Positions 18,748 to 27,887 of a stretch of DNA of 37,075 bases are shown in pieces. The DNA lies in the sequence record DRR723986_7103; one strand, given 5' to 3'. Numbering within the stretch: position 1 is the first letter of the stretch; each line of letters starts with the position of its first letter. Both the position numbers and the translations under genes were made by a program. The notes under the pieces were generated by a model. The model did not search any database. It saw only the letters and a list, made by a program, of their open reading frames with translations, and was not told where the DNA came from.

Positions 18748-19920
18748 TTATTCTGCAATCACGCTCCGCGAAATCACCAGCCGCTGAATCTCACTCGTAC
18801 CTTCGCCAATCGTCAAGAGTTTCGCGTCGCGATACAACTTTTCAACCGGGTAGTCCTTCGTGTAGCCGTAGCCACCGTGAATTTGTACGGCTTCCTCAGC
18901 GCAGCGTACCGCTACTTCACTGGCGAACATTTTGGCATGTGCGCCGGCGCGATTAATGTCGTGTCCGTTGTCGCGCAGCCAGGCCGCTTTGTAGGTCAGC
19001 ATGCGCGCGGCTTCGATGTCCATGCTCATTTTGGCCAGCTTGAACTGAATCGCCTGGATCGCGGACAGGGGTTTGCCAAATTGGTGGCGTTCCTTGGCAT
19101 ACTTGATGCTGTGTGCCAGCGCGGCTTCTGCCAGGCCCAGGCTGAGAGCGGCAATCGAAATCCGTCCACCGTCCAGAATCTGCAGAGCCTGAATAAAACC
19201 TTCACCTTCTTTGCCAATCAGATTTGCACCAGGGACGCGCACGTTGTCCAGCATCAGGCTCGACGTGTCACTGGAGCGCATTCCAAGTTTGTTTTCTTTC
19301 TTGGAGGCACTGAAGCCGGCCATCGATTTATCAACCGCAAATGCGGAAATACCACGCTTGCCTGCTTCAGGATCCGTGACCGCCAGGATGACGGTGGTAT
19401 CACCTACCGTACCGTGCGTGATGAAATTCTTGGAGCCATTCAGAACCCAGTCATCGCCATCGCGTACTCCCGTAGTGAGCATGCCACCAGCATCAGACCC
19501 AGACCCAGGTTCAGTCAGCCCCCAGGCGGAGAGTACTTCGCCTGAAGCGCAGGCAGGTACATATTTGCGCTTCAGTTCTTCACTTCCAAAGCGGTAAATG
19601 TGATTCATGCCCAGACCATTGTGTGCGGCCACACTCAAGGCAATCGATGGGCAGCCTTTGGCGATTTCCTCGACAATAAGCGCATATTCGATATAACCCA
19701 TTCCCGCACCGCCATACTCGGGGTCCGGCAAAATGCCGAGCAGTCCCAGCTCGCCAAGTTTGGCAAAGATTTCTTTGGGAAACTCCTGCGACTCGTCAAA
19801 CTGCAGGGCAACCGGCTCAATCTCATTTTGCGTAAAATTTCGCGCCAAGTCGCGGATGGCTTCCTGATCTTCTGTCAGAGCGATGTCAAACGACGTTGCC
19901 TCGGTCCCATCTGAATGCAT
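18748..19920 (-). CDS. Acyl-CoA dehydrogenase (short/branched-chain family)
   Basis: LTEPGSGSDAG, NGSKNFITHG, GGRISIAA, AVQIHGGYGY, YRDAKLLTIGEGTSEIQR. Confidence 0.93.
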   Translation of the reverse strand: MHSDGTEATSFDIALTEDQEAIRDLARNFTQNEIEPVALQFDESQEFPKEIFAKLGELGLLGILPDPEYGGAGMGYIEYALIVEEIAKGCPSIALSVAAHNGLGMNHIYRFGSEELKRKYVPACASGEVLSAWGLTEPGSGSDAGGMLTTGVRDGDDWVLNGSKNFITHGTVGDTTVILAVTDPEAGKRGISAFAVDKSMAGFSASKKENKLGMRSSDTSSLMLDNVRVPGANLIGKEGEGFIQALQILDGGRISIAALSLGLAEAALAHSIKYAKERHQFGKPLSAIQAIQFKLAKMSMDIEAARMLTYKAAWLRDNGHDINRAGAHAKMFASEVAVRCAEEAVQIHGGYGYTKDYPVEKLYRDAKLLTIGEGTSEIQRLVISRSVIAE

Positions 19921-20311
19921 GAAAACTCCAGAATAAATAGTCGTAACCCCAAGCTTCGGGCTTCCAACCGTAACGTCTTAGGTACTTAAGCCGCATGTAT
20001 ACACCTTCTTTTCTGAAGATCCGGCCTGCGGCGCTCAAATTGTTCAGCACGGAATCTAGCAATTATCGTCAAAATTACCAATCAAATCCGCGGCGGAGCC
20101 ATTCAACGAAACATGCTGCACTGTTATTCGTTAATGATCTCACCCTGTGGCAAGTGATTGCCACCCGGTCTGTAATCTTGAATCTGAATACTGCGGAGTA
20201 TATAAATGAAATTATTGAAGACAATCCTGTCGGCAGCCCTGGCCGTTGTGGCAGTTCTAATTGTACTCAAACTTGTGTTCTGGGTGTTGGGTTTTACCCT
20301 TAAATTTATCT

Positions 20312-20516
20312 TTTGGATAATTATCGGTCTGGCAGCAGTTCCGGTGTTCTTTTACGTGCGCAATAAGTTGCTCTGATATCAGGTTTTCCACAGCTGTGGA
20401 AAACCCAATGGTGAAAAGTCCTGAAGGAAAGTGCTGATTCCGAGGTGAAAACAAAGGTTCTCCGGGCCGAGGTGGGACTTTTCCACATCCTCCTTGGTCA
20501 GAGCTGTGGAAAAGTC
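20312..20516. other. Cluster of DnaA-box matches (candidate replication origin or DnaA-binding site)
   Basis: TTTTCCACA at 20384-92 and 20479-87 (+) and at 20395-403 and 20505-13 (-), all perfect TTWTNCACA; TTATCCAAA (-) at 20312-20; AT-rich tract near 20170-20225; inside a 607-bp intergenic region. Confidence 0.6.
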
Positions 20517-20527
20517 AGCAAGGTCTT

Positions 20528-21307
20528 TCAGAGTGCTTCAATGTACTCAATTGCCAGGCTGCGGCTGATGTACTCGGCATTCTGAAAGTTCGTCAGTAAG
20601 TCTCGTGCCTGCAACTCAAGTGTAAACCCTTTGCCAATGGAACAGCGCAGCGAAAGATTTAGCAGCCCGCGATGGCGCATCGTTTCACCCAGGTTTTCCA
20701 TGAAAGTTGCATTGTATTCAGCGGCCACCGAGAATATTGCTCCCAGAGACTTTTCGGCTCCAACGTAAATATTGGGTGCGCGGTCGGCGCTATTGCCTTC
20801 AAATGCATAATTGACACCACCATGCAAGTCGAACCGCCCCAGCAATTCAAAACTTTTACTCGCTACAACAAACAAGCCTGGTGACTGCGTCGCAAACTTG
20901 TCCAGTTCCTCTGAGTACGCGCCGCGGCCCTGTGAACTGAAGCCGACTGTGAGCGCCGGCAATTCCAAGGTCTCTGAGAGAATCCGGTAACGCGCATGCA
21001 GGCCCGGCCAAGGTTGAAAGTCTGGAGACGCTGCTCCAATTACATTGCTGCCGCTATATGCGATGCCGACGTTCAGGTCTTGAAACGGTGCGATACTCCA
21101 TTCCAGCATCAGCCCACCATCCGGAAAAACATACACTCCCACAGAATGCTGCAGGCGTTGCAGCATTCCAGCTGTTGGCATATCCACGATAAAACGCGGT
21201 TCGGCGGTGGCTTCGGTTCCGGCGGTACCTTGTGCGGCGATCGACGGCACAAGTCCAGGTATTGCGGTGCATAGGCACACCAAGCTGCAAATCACGAATG
21301 TTTGCAT
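20528..21307 (-). CDS. Exported YjbH-domain-like protein (probable outer-membrane beta-barrel)
   Basis: Signal peptide; RFIVDMPTAGML N-terminal motif; alternating amphipathic strands (LHGGVNY, IYVGAEKSLG, VAAEYN). Confidence 0.6.
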   Translation of the reverse strand: MQTFVICSLVCLCTAIPGLVPSIAAQGTAGTEATAEPRFIVDMPTAGMLQRLQHSVGVYVFPDGGLMLEWSIAPFQDLNVGIAYSGSNVIGAASPDFQPWPGLHARYRILSETLELPALTVGFSSQGRGAYSEELDKFATQSPGLFVVASKSFELLGRFDLHGGVNYAFEGNSADRAPNIYVGAEKSLGAIFSVAAEYNATFMENLGETMRHRGLLNLSLRCSIGKGFTLELQARDLLTNFQNAEYISRSLAIEYIEAL

Positions 21308-21492
21308 CTGTCTTCCTCTTTAAATTTGCTGCTAATCCTCCCTGCGCCAATATACGCCCTTCGTTCGAAATTGTGGCCGATTTTTCGCATATTTGGGATC
21401 TGTAGTGAATGTCAGCTTGAATAGCCGCCGGGCAATACAGCCGTAAATGCGCAGGTTTGATCGGACGGGAAAATGGGTTGGAGAGCTTGAAT

Positions 21493-22641
21493 ATGATGTC
21501 CTTTGAATTTACCGAAACTCAGGAAATGATTCGCCAGACGGCACGCGATTTTGCCCGTGAGCAAATTGCACCTACCGCCTCTGAGCGCGATAAAAACGGC
21601 GTATTTCCAACGGAAATCGTCGCTCAACTCGGCGAACTCGGGTTCATGGGTATGATGGTTGACCCTGAATGGGGCGGAGCCGGACTGGATGCAGTTTCCT
21701 ATGTAATCGCGATGGAGGAAGTGTCCAAAGTTGACGCCAGCGTTGGTGTCATCATGTCGGTAAATAACTCTCTGGTGTGCTGGGCAGTTGAAAAATTTGG
21801 CACCGAAGAACAAAAAGAACGCATTCTCCGCCCTCTGGCAACCGGCCAAAGACTCGGTGCATACTGTTTGAGTGAACCCGAAGTCGGATCCGATGCGCGC
21901 AATCAGCACACCACCGCCAGCAAACAGGATGATGGTTCATACCTGATCAACGGAACCAAAAACTGGATTACGAATGGTACCAGTGCCAACATCTTCCTGG
22001 TGTTTGCACAGACCGACCGTGACCTGGGCCACAAAGGCATCACCTGTTTTATAGTTGAGGATGGCGCTGAAGGTTTTGAGCGTGGGCAGAAAGAAGACAA
22101 GCTTGGAATTCGCTCAAGCGACACCTGCTCCCTGGGCTTTACAAACGTCAAAGTTGGCCCTGAAAACATTCTTGGTGAAGTTGGCCGCGGCTTCAACATC
22201 GCCATGGAAACACTTAACGGAGGCCGGATTGGAATTGCCTCTCAGGCACTTGGAATTGCGCAGGGCGCCTTTGAGGCTGCGGTGCAGTACTCCAAAGAAC
22301 GCAAAGTGCGTGAGAAGCCCATCAACACGCTCCAGGCAATTCAATTTAAGCTTGCCGAAATGTCCGTAAAAGTCGATGCTGCGCGTCTGCTCACATTGCG
22401 TGCCGCCTCGCTTAAAGACCGCGGCGAGCGTTTTGTACTGGAAGCCTCGCAAGCTAAACTCTTTGCTTCCACAGCTGCACGTGAAGTCAGCAACGAAGCT
22501 ATTCAGGTGCACGGCGGCTACGGTTACGTACGCGAGTACAACGTTGAGCGCTATTTCCGCGATGCCAAAATCACGGAAATCTATGAGGGCACATCTGAAA
22601 TCCAGCATATCGTAATCGCGCGCGAAATTCTGCGCGATTAA
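21493..22641 (+). CDS. Acyl-CoA dehydrogenase (butyryl-CoA dehydrogenase-like)
   Basis: LSEPEVGSDA, NGTKNWITNG, GGRIGIASQALG, AIQVHGGYGY, RDAKITEIYEGTSEIQ; ATG at 21493 after GGAGAG. Confidence 0.93.
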   Translation: MMSFEFTETQEMIRQTARDFAREQIAPTASERDKNGVFPTEIVAQLGELGFMGMMVDPEWGGAGLDAVSYVIAMEEVSKVDASVGVIMSVNNSLVCWAVEKFGTEEQKERILRPLATGQRLGAYCLSEPEVGSDARNQHTTASKQDDGSYLINGTKNWITNGTSANIFLVFAQTDRDLGHKGITCFIVEDGAEGFERGQKEDKLGIRSSDTCSLGFTNVKVGPENILGEVGRGFNIAMETLNGGRIGIASQALGIAQGAFEAAVQYSKERKVREKPINTLQAIQFKLAEMSVKVDAARLLTLRAASLKDRGERFVLEASQAKLFASTAAREVSNEAIQVHGGYGYVREYNVERYFRDAKITEIYEGTSEIQHIVIAREILRD

Positions 22642-22717
22642 TACAAATCGATTTGCACTGTATCTCCTCTACTCACCTTTCATGAAGTACGTGCTTACCG
22701 GCAATGCTTCAAATGCA

Positions 22718-22755
22718 AAACCCCTCGTCTGACCGAAACGTCGAACGAGGGGTTT
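22718..22755. terminator. Bidirectional terminator-like hairpin between convergent genes
   Basis: aaacccctcgt...acgaggggttt, flanked by A and T runs. Confidence 0.75.
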
Positions 22756-22782
22756 GACTTTTAAAGCAAATTGGTTTGCGAT

Positions 22783-23124
22783 CTAGCTCTTGCTGTCGGA
22801 GCTTCCAGTTGCTGGCTTTTTGGCCTGCTCCGAGCTCCCGCCGCTTGCCGCACTCTTGTCCTTGTTACCTGCCGAACTGTCACTCTTGCCCGACTTTGAG
22901 TCCTTCTTAGACCGCACGTAATCAGTTTCGTAGAAACCTTCCCCTGTCAGGATAAAACCGGCACCTTTGCTAATGAGTCGTGTGACTTCTCCGTGCCCTT
23001 TGCGGGCCGGATCCTCCTGATCACATACACTTTCAGGGCATTCCGTCAGCACATCTGCCTTTATTGACTGGAAATGCTCAAAGCGTTTACCACAGGATTT
23101 ACAGGCGTAGTCGTATGTAGGCAT
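22783..23124 (-). CDS. FmdB-family zinc-ribbon protein (CxxC_CxxC_SSSS)
   Basis: MPTYDYACKSCG...F.HFQSI...CPESVC...GFILTGEGFYETDY and a Ser/Lys-rich tail; ATG at 23124. Confidence 0.88.
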   Translation of the reverse strand: MPTYDYACKSCGKRFEHFQSIKADVLTECPESVCDQEDPARKGHGEVTRLISKGAGFILTGEGFYETDYVRSKKDSKSGKSDSSAGNKDKSAASGGSSEQAKKPATGSSDSKS

Positions 23125-23184
23125 TTTACACTCTGTGATTATGCACGATTCAGAATTACAGCAGCTTAGTCTGTCCAAAACACG

Positions 23185-24048
23185 TCAGGCTGACGAACTG
23201 CGCTTGTGATTAGTGCGAATTTCATAACTGCTGCCCGGCACGGCATTCAGCAAACCAGCCTTGGCCATACTGAAAAATGTGTTGCCGGCTATGATTACGT
23301 GATCTACGAGTGGAATGCCAATAATTACCCCGCTCTCCTCAAGCTGATTTGTCGCCTCAATATCGTGATTCGAAGGGCGCCACGAGCCCGAAGGATGATT
23401 GTGTACCACAATAATTGCAGCTGCGGATTCGCTGATTGCCGACCTGTAAACCTCACGCGGATGCACCAGACTTTGATTTAGCGTCCCCTCCGTCACCAAT
23501 ACTTCACGCATCAGCTTGCCGCGTGCATTCAAGAGCACAACATAAAGGCGTTCGTGTTTGAGCTTCCTCATTGTCGGGATAAAACGCCTGGCTATATCCT
23601 GTGGCGTTCGAACATGTAACTCCTCCGCAAGCTCGGACGCCGCCAGGCGCACACTCAACTCAAATGCCGCCGCCAGCCTGCTCGATTTCGCATCACCTAT
23701 TCCATGAAAACCCTGCAATTCGTGCGGGCTGCGTCGCAGAACTTCCGCCAGTGAGCCAAACCGCTGAATGACCGAGTGGGCCAACTGCAAGGCCGTTAAA
23801 CCCTCAGCTCCCGAGCCCAACAAAATCGCGAGTAACTCCGCATCACCTAAGGCATCCGCACCTTTAAACAGCAGGCGTTCGCGCGGTTTGTCACCTGCCT
23901 GCCAGGAGCTCATTGAAGCGCCTGCCTTGCCAGTCGATTCTTTTCTACTGGAGCGCTTGTTGCGTTTTTTTCCGGCTGAGCGCGTTTTGACTTCACCTGC
24001 AGCTTTTGCGTTCTTGGCTGCCTCCGGACCATCGGCAACGATCGTCAT
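23185..24048 (-). CDS. radC: RadC/UPF0758 JAB-domain protein
   Basis: KPRERLL...DAELLAILLGSG, HhH GIGDAK, VHPREV, HNHPSG, DHVII; start uncertain (23913, 24048 or 24087; ORF open to 24333). Confidence 0.9.
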   Translation of the reverse strand: MTIVADGPEAAKNAKAAGEVKTRSAGKKRNKRSSRKESTGKAGASMSSWQAGDKPRERLLFKGADALGDAELLAILLGSGAEGLTALQLAHSVIQRFGSLAEVLRRSPHELQGFHGIGDAKSSRLAAAFELSVRLAASELAEELHVRTPQDIARRFIPTMRKLKHERLYVVLLNARGKLMREVLVTEGTLNQSLVHPREVYRSAISESAAAIIVVHNHPSGSWRPSNHDIEATNQLEESGVIIGIPLVDHVIIAGNTFFSMAKAGLLNAVPGSSYEIRTNHKRSSSA

Positions 24049-24530
24049 TTGGCTCTGCGTCTGAACCACAGTAGGGTAAAGCGGCATCTCGGCGGGCCGC
24101 AAAATACCGGAGGCACCGTTTTGGCAATCCACAAAGCGTAAACTTGCCTCGTGACCCGTCATGTCTGCGGAGTTAGCACCACCAAATTTGTTCCCCGGCA
24201 CCCGGTCCGCCGCCGATCCAAGCTCGATTCCATCCAGATGCCCCCAACCCTCTGCATATCGCCTTTTCACATGCCCATTTTCTCCGCGTGGAACCACCTG
24301 CATACTCAATCCTGCTCTCACTAATCTTCTCAATCACAACTTCACCAAAAAAATACAAGTTAACCCACCAAAGATGCTCTCCGAAAGTTAAAATGTACAT
24401 CAAATATGCAGCATTTTTTCCGGCATTTGTCCACTTTAACCCTGATCGGGCGCTTTTCTGCTATGACTGGTCTATTTTTCTGCATATTTTGCCTTCTTCC
24501 GGCATCGACCTCTCTACTCTCCCTGCTCAG

Positions 24531-24839
24531 ATGATTGAATTACTCATCTTCCACCTACATATTCTGGCAGCCTTGTACGCTTTTTCAGCACGGTGGGCCA
24601 TCTCATCAATCAAAGAAGCTTTACTCGGTCCAGTCGTAGTTGGACTTGTATTCGCAATCGGCTGGTCATTGACCAGCGCGCTGAGTTCTCTCATTACGCC
24701 TGACGGTGGATTTGCACCCTGGCTGACGGCGGACACAATTTCACTCTTGATTCTGGTTGTTCCAGAGTTTTTTGTCTTTAGAATGTTATTCTGGGGGCGG
24801 GACCGGCCAAGTTTAACGGCACGGACCGCAGCCGAATAG
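24531..24839 (+). CDS. Small hypothetical membrane protein (about 3 TM segments)
   Basis: ATG at 24531 gives 102 aa, MIELLIFHLHILAALYAF..., hydrophobic throughout; ends 20 nt before the next gene. Confidence 0.6.
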   Translation: MIELLIFHLHILAALYAFSARWAISSIKEALLGPVVVGLVFAIGWSLTSALSSLITPDGGFAPWLTADTISLLILVVPEFFVFRMLFWGRDRPSLTARTAAE

Positions 24840-24859
24840 CCAATTGGAGGTATCACCGT

Positions 24860-25600
24860 ATGCAAGCGAAGAACAGTATTCTTACAATGGTTCTGGCTCT
24901 GATGTTTTGTGCCGTCCCCCTGCTCTCAGGTGAGCGCTTTCAGGGTATGGTCACATATAAAGTCACATCCGAAGATGGCTTGGCCACCATAAGCTTCTAT
25001 GTCACAGGCGACAAGACAAAGTTTGACGTCATGGACGGTGAAGGCCAAAACGTGCAAATCATCCTTGACTTCGAAAACCGCAAACAGATGACCATAGTGG
25101 AGTCTCAGAAAATGGCAATGGTACAGGCCATGCCGGAAGAGACCTATCAGGAATATCTCAACTCAGTCAACGAAAACACTGGCGAGTATGCTGATGCCAT
25201 GGCAGACGGAGCACTTAAGGCTACCGGCAACAGCAAAAAAATCCATGGTTATGACTGTCAGGAATTTACCTTCGTTGATGAAGAAGGTGGCAAAGGCACA
25301 ATCTGGAACGCTTCAGGCCTGGGGACCTTTGTCTTTGGCGGGTCATCCCAAGGCGGCGCAGTCAGCACACAGGATCTTTCCAAATTCCGTCAGGTTCTGG
25401 GTACTGACGAGTTTTTTCCAATGGAAATGACAATGGTTGGCGACGATGGCGAAAGTGTTTCCATGGTTGCTACAAAAGTCAAGTCCGGTGCATTGGCGGC
25501 CTCGGACTTTGAAGTTCCATCTGGTTATCAGGTGATGGACATGAGCAGCCAGGGCATGATGCAAATGATTCAGGAGCAGATGCAGAACCAGGGCAAATAA
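24860..25600 (+). CDS. Exported DUF4412/GLPGLI-like protein
   Basis: Signal peptide, FQGMVTY start, TGNSKKIHGYDCQEF and DFEVPSGYQVM motifs; GGAGG RBS. Confidence 0.72.
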   Translation: MQAKNSILTMVLALMFCAVPLLSGERFQGMVTYKVTSEDGLATISFYVTGDKTKFDVMDGEGQNVQIILDFENRKQMTIVESQKMAMVQAMPEETYQEYLNSVNENTGEYADAMADGALKATGNSKKIHGYDCQEFTFVDEEGGKGTIWNASGLGTFVFGGSSQGGAVSTQDLSKFRQVLGTDEFFPMEMTMVGDDGESVSMVATKVKSGALAASDFEVPSGYQVMDMSSQGMMQMIQEQMQNQGK

Positions 25601-25610
25601 GTCCCGCAGT

Positions 25611-26699
25611 TCAATCCGCACCGCCTGGGTGTAGTACGATAACATTCCGTGTGCCGCTTACAGTTTTGTGAGCGGCACTTTTGTTTTTAGACCGCACTAC
25701 AAGATGCGTGGCAAGTACCAACATCTGCCGCAGTTCCTGGCGATTTTGCGGGTTCAGGTAATGCGTTTGCAGCTTATTCCACTCGCTCCAGGTGCGCAGC
25801 CTCTCCTGGCGCGCGTGCTGCTTTACGCCCGGAAGATCCTTTTCCCAGTCTTTGCCGTAATGCGAAAGCAAAAAGTGCCGCAACACTTCAATGTCCTGAA
25901 AGGCCCCCAGCACTTCCTGTGCCTGTTTTAGATCTCCCAGCCAGCGCCTAAACTCTTCCCCATACAATGCACTGAAGACTTCAGCCTGGTACCGTACTTT
26001 TTTGATCAGTTTGCGCAGATCATGCATTGGCTCGGAATGATGTTCCAGTAAGTTCCGCACAATGCGATGTTCCAGCTGAGTGCGGAGATGCACTCTGTGG
26101 CCCTTAAACTCAGCGCCAAACAGCCAACCTTCGTGTAGTAAGAACTCGCTCAAAAGTGGCTGTAAAATGTCTGGAGCAACTTCCTCAGCTGGCAAGTTAC
26201 CAAGGCGCCGAAAGCTTGGCTTTTTGAGCCACTTTGCATACGCCTTCTGAAATTGCCTGAAGAGCTGGCCCTCAAACATTTGCGTCATTGCCGCAAAACT
26301 GTCTGCACGACCGCGATCCAGCTTTTGCAAGACCTTTTCCAGCCTGGCGTTCTCAGCCTGTCCAAGCAACGGCGCTATCTTTTCACGCAATTCCGTACCC
26401 ATTACATCGTAGTCACGGACGGTGCCCAGTACGCGCATGATTTTACCTATGCGGCGTGTACCGGAATGGGCGTGCAGCTGTATGGCCGGCGTAAAAACTT
26501 CTACGGCAGTTCTTAATCGGCGCAGTCCTACCCGCAACTGATGTAAGTTTTCTATATCGCTGTCGGCCCTGACTCCTTCAAGGAATGTAAGGGCGTAAGA
26601 GAAGTGCTGTTCAATCGCTGCATGCGCAGCTTCGGCAAAGCTAAGGCTTGATTTTTTGTTTGTCTTCGGGTTTGAAGTGCCGTGTCCTTGTATCGTCAT
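25611..26699 (-). CDS. Stand-alone CHAD-domain protein (polyphosphate-binding family)
   Basis: LHQLRVGLRRLRT, LGTVRDYDV, HDLRKLIKKVRY, QEVLGAFQD. Confidence 0.88.
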   Translation of the reverse strand: MTIQGHGTSNPKTNKKSSLSFAEAAHAAIEQHFSYALTFLEGVRADSDIENLHQLRVGLRRLRTAVEVFTPAIQLHAHSGTRRIGKIMRVLGTVRDYDVMGTELREKIAPLLGQAENARLEKVLQKLDRGRADSFAAMTQMFEGQLFRQFQKAYAKWLKKPSFRRLGNLPAEEVAPDILQPLLSEFLLHEGWLFGAEFKGHRVHLRTQLEHRIVRNLLEHHSEPMHDLRKLIKKVRYQAEVFSALYGEEFRRWLGDLKQAQEVLGAFQDIEVLRHFLLSHYGKDWEKDLPGVKQHARQERLRTWSEWNKLQTHYLNPQNRQELRQMLVLATHLVVRSKNKSAAHKTVSGTRNVIVLHPGGAD

Positions 26700-26919
26700 A
26701 GTGTTGTTCTGTGATTGTATTCTCAGTACTGTCTGCTGAACGGACGCCGCTTATCTCTTGATATTATCAGTTGTGGCAGTCGCTGCAAGCCTTTTAGCCG
26801 GAGTATTCCCCAGCTTTCGCATCTGATCCGCAGTCATCATGATCGGGCCGGCGCAACATACGATTGGGGCGCATGACGGTTCGCTCTCGCTGCTTGTAGG
26901 TTCGCGCAACACACTTTTT

Positions 26920-26944
26920 ATATCCGACCATAATAGTCGTATAT
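26920..26944. promoter_or_regulatory. IscR type-1-like operator, site A
   Basis: ATATCCGAC-CATAATA-GTCGTATAT: 25-bp imperfect palindrome, 21/25 to the recalled E. coli consensus ATASYYGACTRWWWYAGTCRRSTAT. Confidence 0.7.
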
Positions 26945-26982
26945 TTGTTTCGTCAATGCACGCAATCGCAGCAGTACATCTT

Positions 26983-27007
26983 AAATACGACAAAATCGAT
27001 CGGATTT
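26983..27007. promoter_or_regulatory. IscR type-1-like operator, site B
   Basis: AAATACGAC-AAAATCG-ATCGGATTT, same 9-7-9 layout as site A, ending 5 nt before the Rrf2 start. Confidence 0.6.
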
Positions 27008-27012
27008 CTATC

Positions 27013-27453
27013 GTGTTACGCCTCTCGAAAAAAGTCGAATACGGCCTCCTGGCTCTGCAGCACATGTCGGCGCGACCGGATACAACGGTTTCGGCGAAAG
27101 AAGTGGCTGAGCACTTCGACATTTCGTACGAATTCCTTGCAAAAACAATGCAGGGGCTTGCACGTCAGGGGTTCATCAGATCGATTCAGGGAGTCCGCGG
27201 AGGATACGTCCTGGCACGTACGCCCGCCAGTTTCTCAGTCGGGGATGTAATCGCAGCATTGCACGGTCGGCCCCAAATCGTAGAGTGTCTGGACGCCGAT
27301 GCTGAATGCGGATGTGATGTGAGCGAGCGCTGCACGCTCAAGTCTCCAATGCTGATCATCCAGCAGAAAATTGACGACATCCTGGAATCAACGAGCCTGG
27401 CCGATCTGGTTGGCCCGGTCCACAAAATTACGCTGCCCGTCGCACAGGTCTGA
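27013..27453 (+). CDS. Rrf2-family Fe-S-sensing transcriptional regulator (IscR-like)
   Basis: LRLSKKVEYGL, SIQGVRGGYVLAR, Cys cluster ECLDADAECGCDVSERC; GTG start at 27013 (the track start 26839 runs through the operators). Confidence 0.9.
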   Translation: MLRLSKKVEYGLLALQHMSARPDTTVSAKEVAEHFDISYEFLAKTMQGLARQGFIRSIQGVRGGYVLARTPASFSVGDVIAALHGRPQIVECLDADAECGCDVSERCTLKSPMLIIQQKIDDILESTSLADLVGPVHKITLPVAQV

Positions 27454-27515
27454 CGTGGAGCGTCTCAAATAGTCTATCCAACACAGTAGTATACAACGCG
27501 TTCGAGGTTAGCACA

Positions 27516-27887
27516 ATGGAAGTCATTGATACCGGAATAGTCGGCGCAGAAGCAACCGACAACATCCAAATCACGCAACGTGCGATTGATGAAGTAGTCA
27601 AAATCAAAGCCGAAAATCAGGTAGGCGAAAACTTTGGGCTGCGCGTAGGCGTGAAAGGCGGCGGCTGCTCAGGGTTAATGTACAACCTGGGCTTTGACTC
27701 AGAACCACGCGAAGACGATCGAGTCGTCGAAGTTCAGGGTGTCAAAATCTACATTGACCCCAAAAGCCTGTTCTATCTGATGGGCGTAGAACTAGACTTC
27801 ACCGATGGCCTCAACGGCCGTGGGTTCACGTTTAACAACCCTAATGCCCAGCGCACATGCGGCTGCGGTAGTTCGTTCGGCGTGTAA
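27516..27887 (+). CDS. iscA: A-type Fe-S carrier (IscA/SufA/ErpA; HesB family)
   Basis: LRVGVKGGGCSG and NPNAQRTCGCGSSF. Confidence 0.92.
   Translation: MEVIDTGIVGAEATDNIQITQRAIDEVVKIKAENQVGENFGLRVGVKGGGCSGLMYNLGFDSEPREDDRVVEVQGVKIYIDPKSLFYLMGVELDFTDGLNGRGFTFNNPNAQRTCGCGSSFGV

Noticed and set aside
19995-20454. Small ORFs in the DnaA-box region
   Set aside because: Atypical composition and no motifs; the region is better explained as non-coding
20476-20516. Intrinsic terminator for the YjbH-like gene
   Set aside because: 17-nt loop and no U tract after the stem on the minus strand; the arms are DnaA-box matches repeated 100 bp away
1-20527. GC-skew switch supporting an origin or a foreign segment
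   Set aside because: Spot counts of individual lines varied gene by gene with no consistent flip; this needs computation, so it was not used as evidence
23185-24048. radC as a marker of a prophage or ICE
   Set aside because: It is the full-length HhH+JAB chromosomal form and no mobility genes are nearby
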